From: a bacterium | GTDB taxonomy: Bacteria; Hinthialibacterota; Hinthialibacteria; Hinthialibacterales; Hinthialibacteraceae | Direction of reading: 5' to 3' | DNA: 64,000 nt | NCBI GenBank assembly: GCA_963662285.2 | Contig: CAXXMV010000006.1 | Location: 1,833,100-1,897,099 of the forward strand | In this document: piece by piece, positions 10,723-21,125 of the stretch | Layout: the number at the start of each line of letters is the position of its first letter | How positions within the stretch are numbered: the stretch's first letter is position 1 | Notes under the pieces: model-generated | Database searches by the model: none | What the model saw: the letters and a program-made list of their open reading frames with translations, nothing else | What the model was told of the DNA's origin: nothing | Position numbers and translations under genes: made by a program

Positions 10723-11238
10723 TCAACCACCCCAGCGCTCTTTCATAACGATCTCTTCCATCGACAGGCGATTCTTAACGGTTGGAGTATCAGCGGGATA
10801 TCCAATGGTCAATAATTCAACCACGCGGATTTCCGGTGGGATTTCAAGCAACTCTTTAACCGGGATTTCATGAAAAGCGCCGATCCAGCAGGTTCCAAGA
10901 CCTTCTTCGACTGCTTGTAAACAGATGTGTTCCATAGCAATCGCTACATCAATCGGATAGCACAATTGGCCGCAAGCCATTACGTGATTTGTGGTTTTAG
11001 CGCAGCAGGCTAAAACCACCGGCGCCTGACCGACGAATTCCTGATTCTTGGCCGCTTTCATCAATTCCTGGCGTTTATTGGCATCTTGCACTACAATAAA
11101 CCGCCATTCCTGACGATTCATCGCTGATGGCGCCAGCCGTGCAGCCTCCAGCAAACGCAGTAGTTTTTCTTCTTCAACATCACGGTCTTGATATTTTCTA
11201 ACGCTATAACGTTCTTTTATAGTTTCCATTACATTCAT
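10723..11238 (-). CDS. Nitroreductase family protein
   Basis: IKERYSVRKY, AARLAPSAMNRQEWRFIVV, GLGTCWIGAF, IGYP. Probable start is ATG 11238. Confidence 0.92.
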   Translation of the reverse strand: MNVMETIKERYSVRKYQDRDVEEEKLLRLLEAARLAPSAMNRQEWRFIVVQDANKRQELMKAAKNQEFVGQAPVVLACCAKTTNHVMACGQLCYPIDVAIAMEHICLQAVEEGLGTCWIGAFHEIPVKELLEIPPEIRVVELLTIGYPADTPTVKNRLSMEEIVMKERWGG

Positions 11239-11294
11239 TATTGCTCTCCAAATTTTTTTGAAAAATTGACATCTCAATGTACATCATCTTATTT

Positions 11295-12665
11295 TTATTC
11301 AGCAGCAGTACTGCCAAAAATCTTATATGGCGCAGTAAAGCGATCCAGTTCTCGCAACGGTTTCCAGTTTGAATCAACCAATACCATCCGGATAGAATGC
11401 ACTTCATCATCTACCAGTTTTTGATATGTATTAATTTCATCATGAAAATCTTCAGGAGATAAAACCCATGCCATATGAGTTAGTAATGTAGGCAAAAATG
11501 GAGTCACTTCAAAGGGGCGAATCTTGCTTTTAATATGTATTATCATTAAATGATCTTTTTGATCGCCATTCTCGGTAATGGTTTTTTTTACTTCACCTTT
11601 TTGATTGTAATATTGAAAACCGATTCTACCTTCCTGTGGAACGCCAAAATTGGCGAAATTTGCGAAACCACCATTACCGGGATGGAATTGAACTTCAAGC
11701 CGCTTGTTAAATACGATGCTATCTTTAACATCCACTATGGGGCCGTCGCAAACCACTGAATTCCATCGGGTAGAATAAGTTAATGATCGTCCAGGTTGCA
11801 GAACTACTTTACCTAAAACATAAGTTGCTTGCATATATGGATTAAATGCAGAAGATTTAGAATTTTGAGTTGCCAGGTCATCAACGCCATTTATATGTAA
11901 AATCAGGTTATCTTTAACTGGAGAAATATCTTTTTCTGGAAACTCAAATTCAACTGCGCATACTGTACCGCCATTGATCTTTTTTTTACTTATGAGGTTT
12001 TGAATGGCGAACCAGTTTTTGTTGTTGGTAAGTTTAATTACGGCGTTATTCAGCATATAACGGGTGAGGAAAAGATTGTGTTCTGGCATATACGAATACA
12101 ATGAAGAATTGGTTTCTCCCTTAATTAAATCAAATCCTTTTTTGTTTCCAGCGCTTGGTGAATAAAAATACATGGCGGTATTGGGGATATTGTTACGGAT
12201 AGCGGCCTTAAAAGTAATTTCTTCAGTGGGATAAAACTCAATACTTTTTTTACTGTTGTTGGTGATGGTAGTAGTGGATTTTAAGGTTGACTCCAGGTGA
12301 TTGATCCGATAATCACGGCTGATGGATACTAAAGTTGCAGTAACTGATTTAACTTGAATAACTGTCTCTGAAGGGCTTTTTAATGCATAATCAGCAACAT
12401 AAGATTCCGGCATGGCAATGGTCTTGGATGATTTCAATGGATGATTGGTATATAAAAAAAGAGAGGAGGGAAGACTCTTTGCTTTGTCTTGAATCCAGAG
12501 AACCGGTTCCTGGTGGGCGTAAAACTGCGATACTGATAGACCATCAGGTGCGCCGATCTCAGCGTGAATCCATTTATTTGAAAATGAATGGACTTTAGGT
12601 TTATAAGTTTCTGAATTAGCAGTAGTTACAGTTAATGAAAATAATAACATCAACAAAAATGGCAT
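11295..12665 (-). CDS. Secreted hypothetical protein
   Basis: GGAGG RBS before ATG 12665, then a signal peptide (MPFLLMLLFSLTVTTA). Beta-rich; no recognisable catalytic motif. Confidence 0.6.
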   Translation of the reverse strand: MPFLLMLLFSLTVTTANSETYKPKVHSFSNKWIHAEIGAPDGLSVSQFYAHQEPVLWIQDKAKSLPSSLFLYTNHPLKSSKTIAMPESYVADYALKSPSETVIQVKSVTATLVSISRDYRINHLESTLKSTTTITNNSKKSIEFYPTEEITFKAAIRNNIPNTAMYFYSPSAGNKKGFDLIKGETNSSLYSYMPEHNLFLTRYMLNNAVIKLTNNKNWFAIQNLISKKKINGGTVCAVEFEFPEKDISPVKDNLILHINGVDDLATQNSKSSAFNPYMQATYVLGKVVLQPGRSLTYSTRWNSVVCDGPIVDVKDSIVFNKRLEVQFHPGNGGFANFANFGVPQEGRIGFQYYNQKGEVKKTITENGDQKDHLMIIHIKSKIRPFEVTPFLPTLLTHMAWVLSPEDFHDEINTYQKLVDDEVHSIRMVLVDSNWKPLRELDRFTAPYKIFGSTAAE

Positions 12666-12852
12666 CGTTTTCCTCCAACCAGCATATATGTTTACATAAT
12701 AACGATTTATCAGGTTAATTGTATCGTAGAACAAAGCAGTTTATTAAAAAAGTGGGAGAGACTTTGATTTTTCAAGAAATAGTGACATATTGAATCTGCC
12801 TTGAATAATTCACGTAAAAATCTCTTTATAGGAATTAAATATTCAAATAATT

Positions 12853-13452
12853 ATGATAGATATTCAAACTAGAATTACAGAAATACTCCAAAAAGAAGCG
12901 CAAGCCATTACAGCCATAGAGGTGACGCCTGATTTTGAAAAAGCGTTATATACGCTGAAAGATTGCCGGGGCAAAATTCTGACTACCGGCATCGGCAAGG
13001 CCGGGCATATTGCGCGGAAATTTGCGGCCACTTTGTGTTCCACCGCCACGCCCGCCGATTTCATCCATCCGGGTGAAGCCGCTCATGGCGACTTAGGATT
13101 GGCGTCTAAAGATGACGTCATCGTGGCATTCTCAACTAGTGGAAAATCGAACGAAGTAATCGAGATGCTTGAACTGAGCAGGCACCTGGGAGTGGATAAG
13201 GTAATTGGAATCACTTCACATCCAGATTCACCCCTGAGAGATTTGTGCGACATTGTTCTGGATATGGGAGAAATCGAAGAGCCATGTCCATTAGGATTAA
13301 CTCCCACATCAAGCGTTGTGGTAATGCTGGCCATCAGCGATGCGCTGGCATTAACTTTGATGGAACTAAAAGGAGTGACTAAAGAAGATTACGGTCTACG
13401 TCATCATGGCGGATATTTAGGAAGACAAGCCCGTATAGATAACCAGCCTTAG
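12853..13452 (+). CDS. SIS-domain sugar-phosphate isomerase (KdsD/GutQ-like, no CBS domains)
   Basis: TGIGKAGHIARKFAATLCST, HPGEAAHGDLG, STSG, EPCPLGLTPTSS, HHGGYLG. Confidence 0.88.
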   Translation: MIDIQTRITEILQKEAQAITAIEVTPDFEKALYTLKDCRGKILTTGIGKAGHIARKFAATLCSTATPADFIHPGEAAHGDLGLASKDDVIVAFSTSGKSNEVIEMLELSRHLGVDKVIGITSHPDSPLRDLCDIVLDMGEIEEPCPLGLTPTSSVVVMLAISDALALTLMELKGVTKEDYGLRHHGGYLGRQARIDNQP

Positions 13453-13514
13453 AATAAAATCCCTGGGGAATGCGAAAGAGCAATATATCTCCACCGCAGG
13501 AAAATCTATATACA

Positions 13515-13542
13515 TGTTCGCATAAGATATATTATGTAAACT
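13515..13542 (+). other. dif-like XerC/XerD recombination site
   Basis: TGTTCGCATAA-GATATA-TTATGTAAACT has the 11-6-11 layout of E. coli dif (GGTGCGCATAA-TGTATA-TTATGTTAAAT). Intergenic, between convergent genes. Confidence 0.8.
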
Positions 13543-13620
13543 TGTATAATCTTAAAAACTCTCTGAAATGATTTAACTTGTGTAATTTTACCATTCCAGA
13601 GAGTATATTTTTTATATTAG

Positions 13621-14064
13621 TTACATTCTTCTCAGAATTTCCTCGACTTGATCTTTAAGTTGAGCAATATCTCTATCTATGCTATCCAGTTTTGAAGATG
13701 TTTCTTTCATATAGTCCATTATCATGGATATCTTTTGATCTACTGATCCAGATTTCCCCGGATTGTTTTCGGGTTCGGGATTGTCGTTATCAACATTTTC
13801 TTCATCTTCTTCACCGCCATGATATTTGTAGAAAAGTTTCTTTGCGTCTTTTTTTGTTAATCCCCATTTGTTGCGTAACATCAATAATATCTCCTGGTTA
13901 TTAAAACTTTCTGAGATGGATTCCATGAATACTACTAATTTATCCCGGATAACCAAGGCTTCTCGTTGAACTTCAGAGAGCCGATCAAGCAATCCGCTGA
14001 TAAGTTCGATGTCTTCCATTTTGAAGACTAAAGAATTGGATACAGCTAAATTATCACTCAACAT
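13621..14064 (-). CDS. Hypothetical protein with acidic linker and C-terminal coiled coil
   Basis: 147-aa ORF, co-oriented and 35 bp downstream of the TPR gene. Confidence 0.6.
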   Translation of the reverse strand: MLSDNLAVSNSLVFKMEDIELISGLLDRLSEVQREALVIRDKLVVFMESISESFNNQEILLMLRNKWGLTKKDAKKLFYKYHGGEEDEENVDNDNPEPENNPGKSGSVDQKISMIMDYMKETSSKLDSIDRDIAQLKDQVEEILRRM

Positions 14065-14099
14065 GCAACCCCTAAACTCATATTTACAAAGTATTTATA

Positions 14100-15143
14100 T
14101 TAATAAGCCAAACGTCGAAGTTTGCTTATTCGTTGTTTAGCAAAACTGGTATACGAACTGGTAGAATCCATTTCGATATACTTTTCGTATAACTCTACAG
14201 ATTCTTTATACTTACCTTGCTTTTCATTGAGAAGCGCCAAATTAAAGTATGCATCTTGATTTGGCCCTAAATCAATAGCTTTTTGATAGGCTTTAATCGC
14301 CTCTCCGGTCTTTTGCTTCTTTTCTAAAACAACTCCTAAATCGTTATAGGCGGAAATCAATCCCGGATCAAGTTCAATTGCTTTTTTAATAGCAGTCTCG
14401 GCAATGTCCAACTTATTGAGTTGAAAACTTACATAACCATAATCATACAGATTTTTCGCATTATCGGGAAGTTTTTTTAGGATTTTATCATAATTATTGA
14501 AAGCGATATCCCATTTACCTGAAGCGCTCGCTTCTTTTGCCTCTTTCAACCAATTATCGATTTCATCATCTTTTTTTTTAGCTGCTATTCCAGAATTTTC
14601 TGACGAAATTGATTGCTGAGCAGTCTTGGTCTCTTGATTCTGATTAGAGAGAATAGGACTTGCGTCAGGCGAATCGATTGCAATTGGAGTAACAATTTCT
14701 ACTTTGTCAGGCGATTGAATCGTTTTGGGACGTTGTAGAAGGCTGGTTTGGTTATCAGATGCGGCGGATTTTCCACTGAGCCTCATCTCCAATCGCTCTT
14801 TTAATAATAAAACTCGATGATATTTCGGGTTGAGTTTCATAGCTTTATCTAAAGAAGCTAAAGCTTCTTCAGTGCGTCCCGTTTCTTCTTGAATAAGCGC
14901 TAAAAAATAATAAGCACTGGGGCGTGGAGATATCTCTATTGAAGCAAGATATTCTCTTTCAGCATCTTCGAATTCATTTTTTAATAGATGCTGCTCGCCT
15001 TTATAAAAATGCTCCAATGCTAAAGTGACTTTTTCTTTCCAACCCTGGTCTTGTTGAGTCTGGCAAGCGACCAGAGAAAAAGCGCAAAGTACAAAAACGG
15101 ATGGGATTAGTTTTTTCCATGCATCTCGAGTATGCCTATTCAT
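14100..15143 (-). CDS. TPR-repeat lipoprotein
   Basis: Lipobox LVAC; several TPRs (AYNDLGVVL...AIKAYQKAI, AYFNLALL). Confidence 0.85.
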   Translation of the reverse strand: MNRHTRDAWKKLIPSVFVLCAFSLVACQTQQDQGWKEKVTLALEHFYKGEQHLLKNEFEDAEREYLASIEISPRPSAYYFLALIQEETGRTEEALASLDKAMKLNPKYHRVLLLKERLEMRLSGKSAASDNQTSLLQRPKTIQSPDKVEIVTPIAIDSPDASPILSNQNQETKTAQQSISSENSGIAAKKKDDEIDNWLKEAKEASASGKWDIAFNNYDKILKKLPDNAKNLYDYGYVSFQLNKLDIAETAIKKAIELDPGLISAYNDLGVVLEKKQKTGEAIKAYQKAIDLGPNQDAYFNLALLNEKQGKYKESVELYEKYIEMDSTSSYTSFAKQRISKLRRLAY

Positions 15144-15363
15144 AAATTAAATCACCTTTTCAATTAGAGCGATTATCAAAATCATGTTCGATTATTATTA
15201 CGTATAGTATTAAAAAAGCCAATCATTTTTAGTTTTTTCAAATCGTGAATCAAAACCCTATTATGAAAACCACTCTAAACATAATGAATATAATCGCATT
15301 AAATCACAAAGATCACTCTTTAGCAACGATTACGTTGAGAAGCCCTTCATAAAACAAAGCATA

Positions 15364-15441
15364 CTAATGAATAATTTATTCATTAGGTTTCGACAAACAA
15401 GTATATAAGACTTTGCAATTGGATCATTTATAGGCCATAAT
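15364..15441 (+). promoter_or_regulatory. Perfect 11-1-11 inverted repeat (operator candidate) upstream of a sigma70-like promoter
   Basis: CTAATGAATAA-T-TTATTCATTAG at 15364-15386; TTGCAA-N17-CATAAT at 15413-15441. Confidence 0.45.
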
Positions 15442-15487
15442 TAATAATATCGATATTTTATAGGATTTCAAACTGGATGGTGATTGA

Positions 15488-16144
15488 ATGTCTCCTTCTT
15501 CACATCGAAAAGAACTCGAAGATATCCTGGAAGCAAAGATTCTTCAAGCGCAGCCCGCTGTGCAATCGAATCCTGATATCCAAAAGATGGTAACTCAACT
15601 ACGTTCATTATATCAAGATAATCAAGAAGATTTTATGTTTGCATTAGGGGCTGGTCCACCGCCAGCGCAGGCTAAGCAGAAACCTCAAAATGTTGTACAA
15701 GCCAAAGTTCCCCAATCGCGCATTCCTGAACTTTTATTCTTGTTAAATGCTGTAACTTCTGGAGAAAGCGTATCTCTGCCTCCTTCATTTAAAAACCAAC
15801 CGGGAGGAATGCCCTCCCCTTTAGTAAATTCAACTCTGCAAATTGAGAAATTGCCAGGTGGAAATACGGCTAATCGGCGGAATAGACCGGTTTCTCCAGC
15901 GCGCCGTCAATCAAGGATGAAGGAACTTGAAGAGATCGAAACGATTGATGCGGCAATTCAGGAAGCCGAAGACATATTAATTATGATTAAAAAAGATGAA
16001 GAAGCGATTAAACAAAAAACTGGTAAATACGCCATAGCAGTCGAGCGATTGAAAGCGGAGCGTATCCTCAGAGAAATTCCCGGCAGTATCGAGCGATTAA
16101 TTTATCAAAAACGTTTGCTGGAAGAGCAAATTAAAGAATCCTAA
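15488..16144 (+). CDS. Hypothetical protein
   Basis: 218-aa ORF with a Pro/Gln-rich middle and helical C-terminus; lies just upstream of dtd. Confidence 0.6.
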   Translation: MSPSSHRKELEDILEAKILQAQPAVQSNPDIQKMVTQLRSLYQDNQEDFMFALGAGPPPAQAKQKPQNVVQAKVPQSRIPELLFLLNAVTSGESVSLPPSFKNQPGGMPSPLVNSTLQIEKLPGGNTANRRNRPVSPARRQSRMKELEEIETIDAAIQEAEDILIMIKKDEEAIKQKTGKYAIAVERLKAERILREIPGSIERLIYQKRLLEEQIKES

Positions 16145-16177
16145 CACTTTTTATATATCTTATTTTCTGGAGAAGCA

Positions 16178-16621
16178 ATGAAAGCAGTTATTCAACGGGT
16201 CTCCCGCGCCTCAGTACGGGTTGATGGGGAGACAATTGGCAAGATCAATCGTGGTTATACTGTGTTACTGGGCATTGCCCAGGGTGATCAGGATAAAGAC
16301 CTGGAATGGATAGTAGATAAAATTTGCAACCTTCGCGTCTTCCCGAACAATATTGGAAAATTCGATAAATCCCTACTGGATATTAATGGAGAAGTCTTGT
16401 TGGTTTCTCAATTCACCTTATTTGGCGACTGCCGTAAAGGAAGACGTCCTGGATTTGATTCCGCCGCTCCTCCTGAAATTGCAATTCCCTTCTATGAAAA
16501 ATCAATCTCATTATTTAAAGCAAAAGGCGTTAAAACCGAATGCGGCAAGTTCGCTGCTATGATGGAAGTGGAACTGATTAATGATGGTCCCGTAACTTTG
16601 ATACTTGATTCTAATGAATGA
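16178..16621 (+). CDS. dtd: D-aminoacyl-tRNA deacylase
   Basis: MKAVIQRVSRASV, LLVSQFTL, KGRRP.F, NDGPVT. Confidence 0.97.
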   Translation: MKAVIQRVSRASVRVDGETIGKINRGYTVLLGIAQGDQDKDLEWIVDKICNLRVFPNNIGKFDKSLLDINGEVLLVSQFTLFGDCRKGRRPGFDSAAPPEIAIPFYEKSISLFKAKGVKTECGKFAAMMEVELINDGPVTLILDSNE

Positions 16622-16678
16622 CATTGTGCTAGTTTCGTCTTTCATCCACTTGTTTTTACCCATACCATTGGATGCACT

Positions 16679-16710
16679 AAAAAAGCCCGGAGCAACCGCT
16701 CCGGGCTTTT
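16679..16710. terminator. Bidirectional intrinsic terminator
   Basis: AAAAAAGCCCGGAGC-AACC-GCTCCGGGCTTTT between convergent genes. Confidence 0.85.
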
Positions 16711-16734
16711 GAATTACTATAAGGTTGAAAACTG

Positions 16735-19338
16735 TTAATGCAGCATCCAACTATTAACAGAAACAGCGCTTCCATCGAACTGTGGATTATTGAATAATCC
16801 TTGCGATGTGGCGCCGGATGTATGCGAAGTAACCGCAATACCCAAATAAATGGGATCAGTCATGGCAACTTCATATTCATACTGCAACCTGTCTTCACCG
16901 TCATAGACATACCAGAGAGTAAATAGATCGTCTTCACGGGTTATTTTGATTGTACCGCCACGGGTTAGATCTGATTCGGCTGGATTCGTAATACCCGCTG
17001 AATCGGGATCATAATCCGGATTCCAAACATCCACGTTTGTCTCCGAACCATCCGTCGAGGCCGCATCCACGCCATCGGAGTCACGCCATTGCAACAACAA
17101 CGCCTGATCCGAACTGCGGATCGCGCCGATTACATAGGCCGAAGAAGCAGTCAATTCCTGGCGAACCATGATACCCATTTTCTGCCAATCATTGCTGCTG
17201 GGATTCGTGCCATAGGCTCCGATGTACGGATCGTCTATGCTGAACGTAAAATCGCCGGATACGCGCATCCATAGGTAATGGAAATTATCCGCTGTACCCC
17301 AGATATCCGCTCCGCTGCCGACAACCTGGTAAGCATCTCCATTAATATTGATATTACCTGCTGCGCCAGGATCACCGATATCATCATGTCCCTGGAAAAT
17401 ACCCATATTTTCAACTTCAACCGGAAGAGAGGTAAGTCCCGTTTCGCCGGTATATTCATTGCCATCATCATAGGTTCCGCTTAGTTCCACAAAACTTTCC
17501 GCGAAATCAGATGGGACATCCACGGTAAATGATAACGCAACAGTCCCTTCCGCACCGGCGAGTTCCCATTTAATGGCTGAACCATCGTCTGTAGCGGTTC
17601 CCGCATTGGCGGTCAAACCGGATATGGTCGTACCAGCCTGATACTTCTCAATGATTGTGGCTTTGCCGGGAGTTCCTTCACGAATATCCACGGTAATTTC
17701 TACATCCACGGAACTGCCCGTTTTTACAGATTCGGCCTCAATTGTTTTGATAACCTGCATCGGATAAAGAGTAATTTCCAAATTATCATACTCACCCACT
17801 GAATATAAACCATCATCATGCGATGTGATTGACAGGCCGACATAAACTGGATCGGTCAACTGAATGGTTTGTTCGGAACTCAAAACCCACTCGCCATCAT
17901 CGCCTATGTAATAGGCTTTGACATTTTGACCGGAACGCACGAGACGGACATCGCCTATCTCATAGTCACTGGCGCCGACATTATATGACGTTGCATTTTG
18001 TTCTGTTCGCCATTGCGCATCATACTGCCCGTCAAAGGCGCGGGTCAGAGAATGCATGTGAGGCGAACCGGCGGTCAGGTTGTCACGCACCATCAAACCG
18101 GCTTTGGACCATTCGCTTGTAGCATCGTCGTTGTAGCTCCAAACATTGGCTTGAATACTGAAAGCGCCAGACAGTTTCTTGTAAACGAAATGGAACTCAT
18201 CAGCATTGCCCCAAATATCGGCGCCGCTTCCTGTAGTCCAATACCGGTTTAAGTCTTCTATATATTCAGCATCGCCAGCTGCTCCAACATCACCGACATC
18301 CAGATGATGATCGAAAATTCCGATTGGTTGAGGAGCGGTTAATGAACTATCCCCGAAAATGGAGGCATCGTCCACCATACCAGAGAACAAAACATCTTCG
18401 GTAGTTCCATCAGGAGGAGTAACAACATACGAAACCGCTTGGGCTTCGTTCAAATTCCATGTGATGGTTCCATCGCTTTCCGAACCGCCATCTGAAATAT
18501 CGCTCACAATCCATCCAGCAGGAGGGGTTTCTGTAACAGTCAATGCGCCAGTACCGCCGCCCACAGTGATGTATACGGTGATCGGGTCGCCCGAGATATA
18601 CACGGGATCATCCTGAGAGAACGTCCGCGCGCCCGCCGCTGTCACGGTTTCAGAAAACTGAACATCCGTTACGGTGGCTTCGGCCAGTAATTCGTTATCC
18701 ACGTGGTTGGTAATGACTAAACCAAAGGCGATAGAATCCTCGAAGGTCATCTCCTGTCCATGCGAGAAAACCCAGTTGGTTCCATCCAGGGAATATTCAC
18801 TGATCACAAAACCGGTATCCGCCAAACGGGAAACCCGCAGCCAGACTCCATCACCAGGATCGCCAATAGAAACGCCATTAGCCTGAATTTCCACATTGTT
18901 AGAACTGCCGCTTTCAGCAATCCGCCACTGCGCGTCAATCCGATCGCCCAGGTTGGCGTCATCCGAGCCGGAGCGCAATTCAGTCCAATAATGACGCGAT
19001 GTGGAAGAACCACCGTCTTCGCGCATCATAACGCCAACTTTGGCCCATTCGTTATCGCCGCCGCGGTCGTTCCATTTAACTTTTCCACTTAGCGAGCATG
19101 TGCCGGTTTTCTCTGTATACACAAAGAAACCCTCGTCTTGAGTGCCCCAAATGTCGTCTCCATTTCCCTGTATGGTATATTCATCACCGGAAACAGAAAC
19201 GCCGCCTTCAGCTTTATAATCAGTAACCATTCCCCAATCAGCAGTCTGATCGAATATGCCATACTGAGCAAAAGCTTGACTCCCTGCCATTAGAATCACA
19301 AATGACAGCCCTAGAAAAATGTGTATTTTTCTTCTCAT
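16735..19338 (-). CDS. Secreted multidomain protein: three ConA/LamG-like modules and two Ig-like spacers, C-terminal tail SVNSWMLH
   Basis: Signal peptide ending AFA. Three repeats of G.G.DIWG..D.F...W.K.G.M.R...G..(I/V)T.H. Probable start is ATG 19338 (AGAGG upstream). Confidence 0.75.
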   Translation of the reverse strand: MRRKIHIFLGLSFVILMAGSQAFAQYGIFDQTADWGMVTDYKAEGGVSVSGDEYTIQGNGDDIWGTQDEGFFVYTEKTGTCSLSGKVKWNDRGGDNEWAKVGVMMREDGGSSTSRHYWTELRSGSDDANLGDRIDAQWRIAESGSSNNVEIQANGVSIGDPGDGVWLRVSRLADTGFVISEYSLDGTNWVFSHGQEMTFEDSIAFGLVITNHVDNELLAEATVTDVQFSETVTAAGARTFSQDDPVYISGDPITVYITVGGGTGALTVTETPPAGWIVSDISDGGSESDGTITWNLNEAQAVSYVVTPPDGTTEDVLFSGMVDDASIFGDSSLTAPQPIGIFDHHLDVGDVGAAGDAEYIEDLNRYWTTGSGADIWGNADEFHFVYKKLSGAFSIQANVWSYNDDATSEWSKAGLMVRDNLTAGSPHMHSLTRAFDGQYDAQWRTEQNATSYNVGASDYEIGDVRLVRSGQNVKAYYIGDDGEWVLSSEQTIQLTDPVYVGLSITSHDDGLYSVGEYDNLEITLYPMQVIKTIEAESVKTGSSVDVEITVDIREGTPGKATIIEKYQAGTTISGLTANAGTATDDGSAIKWELAGAEGTVALSFTVDVPSDFAESFVELSGTYDDGNEYTGETGLTSLPVEVENMGIFQGHDDIGDPGAAGNININGDAYQVVGSGADIWGTADNFHYLWMRVSGDFTFSIDDPYIGAYGTNPSSNDWQKMGIMVRQELTASSAYVIGAIRSSDQALLLQWRDSDGVDAASTDGSETNVDVWNPDYDPDSAGITNPAESDLTRGGTIKITREDDLFTLWYVYDGEDRLQYEYEVAMTDPIYLGIAVTSHTSGATSQGLFNNPQFDGSAVSVNSWMLH

Positions 19339-19712
19339 AATTAACCTCTCTAATATAGTTGTTGAAATGGAATACGTAATGAATCCATACATAAATTCTA
19401 AATCAATTGGTAGTAATATAATTGAAGTAAATGAACATAATGCTAATAGGCATAATAAATCATTGTACCCTTTTACACAATAACGTTAATCTAAAAATCT
19501 ACCCCAGATTAAATGTCGCCAAATAAATCGGGTGGGAGATAAAGACGCTGCTACCGTTATCCTGATACATTTCCAAGCGTGAACCTTTTCCAAGTTGCGT
19601 TTCATCAGTTTTTTGACGCGCCTATCCATACTCTCACGGATTATGTCAGTTTCCATCATAGGTAGGTGTAGGTAACTCAACTTTTAAGTCGATGCTACCT
19701 GCCGTGCGTACT

Positions 19713-19750
19713 AAAAAAATCCCTCAGTAAATTATATACCGAGGGATTTT
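19713..19750 (-). terminator. Intrinsic terminator of trpB2
   Basis: AAAATCCCTC...GAGGGATTTT stem with an A-run on the + strand. Confidence 0.7.
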
Positions 19751-19769
19751 ATAGTATTTAGTGGAATTA

Positions 19770-21125
19770 CTAGCCGATTTTGGGAAGGTTGGCTAATGCT
19801 TCTTTGATTTTCTCTAATGGATATTCGTAATCTTGTATATCACCAGCCAGGAATCGATCATAAGACGCCATATCGAAATGTCCATGTCCACTGAAGTTAA
19901 AGAAGATAGTCTTTTCTTTGCCTTCTTCTTTAGCTTTCAAGGCTTCTTCGATTACTGCTGCAATGGCATGCGAGGTTTCCGGGGCTGGAATGATGCCTTC
20001 GGTGCATGCAAAAGTGAGGGCTGCTTTGAAGGCAGCGGTCTGATGAACGGCGCGCGGCTCGATAAGGCCTTCTTCAATGGCTGCTGACACGAGAGGAGCG
20101 CATCCATGATAGCGTAAACCGCCAGCGTGGATGCCAGGCGGTACGAAATCGTGTCCCAAAGTGTGCATGCGCATGAGAGGAGTCATTTTGGCTGTGTCGC
20201 CAAAGTCGTAAGTGAGCTCGCCCTTGGTCATAGTCGGGCAGGCATAAGGTTCAACAGCGATTATTTTGATATCCTGACCATGAGCCTTATCAACCACATA
20301 AGGGAAAGCGGCGCCAGCGAAGTTGCTTCCGCCGCCTACGCATCCAATAACGATATTGGGAGAATCTTCAACCATATCGAATTGTTTTTTGGCTTCAAGA
20401 CCAATGATGGTTTGATGATGAAGAACGTGATTCAGCACGCTGCCCAGAGCATATTTGGTATCATCATGCATTGCCGCATCTTCAACCGCTTCACTGATGG
20501 CCATGCCGAGGCTGCCCGGAGTATCAGGGTCTTTTTCTAACATAGCGCGTCCGGCATTGGTTTGATTGGATGGGCTGGGGAAAATTTCCGCTCCCCAAGT
20601 GTTGATCATTGATTTACGGTATGGTTTTTGTTCATAACTGATTTTTACCATATAGACAGTGCATTCCAAGCCGAAATGGTTGCAGGCGTATGATAAAGCG
20701 CTGCCCCACTGCCCTGCTCCAGTTTCTGTGGAAAGACGTTTAACGCCTTCTTGCTTGTTGTAGTAAGCTTGAGCAACAGCCGTATTTGGCTTGTGACTTC
20801 CCGCAGGACTTAGGCTCTCGTTTTTGAAATAAATCTTGGCTGGAGTTCCCAAGGCTTTTTCAAGATTATATGCGCGCACTAAAGTCGTAGGACGCCATAA
20901 TGAGAGAACATCAAGGATTTCTTCGGGAATATCGATCCATGGATCGGGGCTCATTTCTTGTTGAAGCAAACTCATAGGGAAAAGTACGGCCATTTTCTCA
21001 GGCGCCATTGGTTCACCCGATGAAGGATCGAGATAGGGAGCCGGTGGGTTTTTCAAATATGGAGTAAGATTCAACCATTTCTTAGGTATTTGATCTTCGC
21101 TGAGTACAATTCGTCTATGCAACAT
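19770..21125 (-). CDS. trpB2: TrpB2 (TrpB-like PLP enzyme, tryptophan synthase beta 2)
   Basis: [58 protein letters not shown]. Confidence 0.93.
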   Translation of the reverse strand: MLHRRIVLSEDQIPKKWLNLTPYLKNPPAPYLDPSSGEPMAPEKMAVLFPMSLLQQEMSPDPWIDIPEEILDVLSLWRPTTLVRAYNLEKALGTPAKIYFKNESLSPAGSHKPNTAVAQAYYNKQEGVKRLSTETGAGQWGSALSYACNHFGLECTVYMVKISYEQKPYRKSMINTWGAEIFPSPSNQTNAGRAMLEKDPDTPGSLGMAISEAVEDAAMHDDTKYALGSVLNHVLHHQTIIGLEAKKQFDMVEDSPNIVIGCVGGGSNFAGAAFPYVVDKAHGQDIKIIAVEPYACPTMTKGELTYDFGDTAKMTPLMRMHTLGHDFVPPGIHAGGLRYHGCAPLVSAAIEEGLIEPRAVHQTAAFKAALTFACTEGIIPAPETSHAIAAVIEEALKAKEEGKEKTIFFNFSGHGHFDMASYDRFLAGDIQDYEYPLEKIKEALANLPKIG

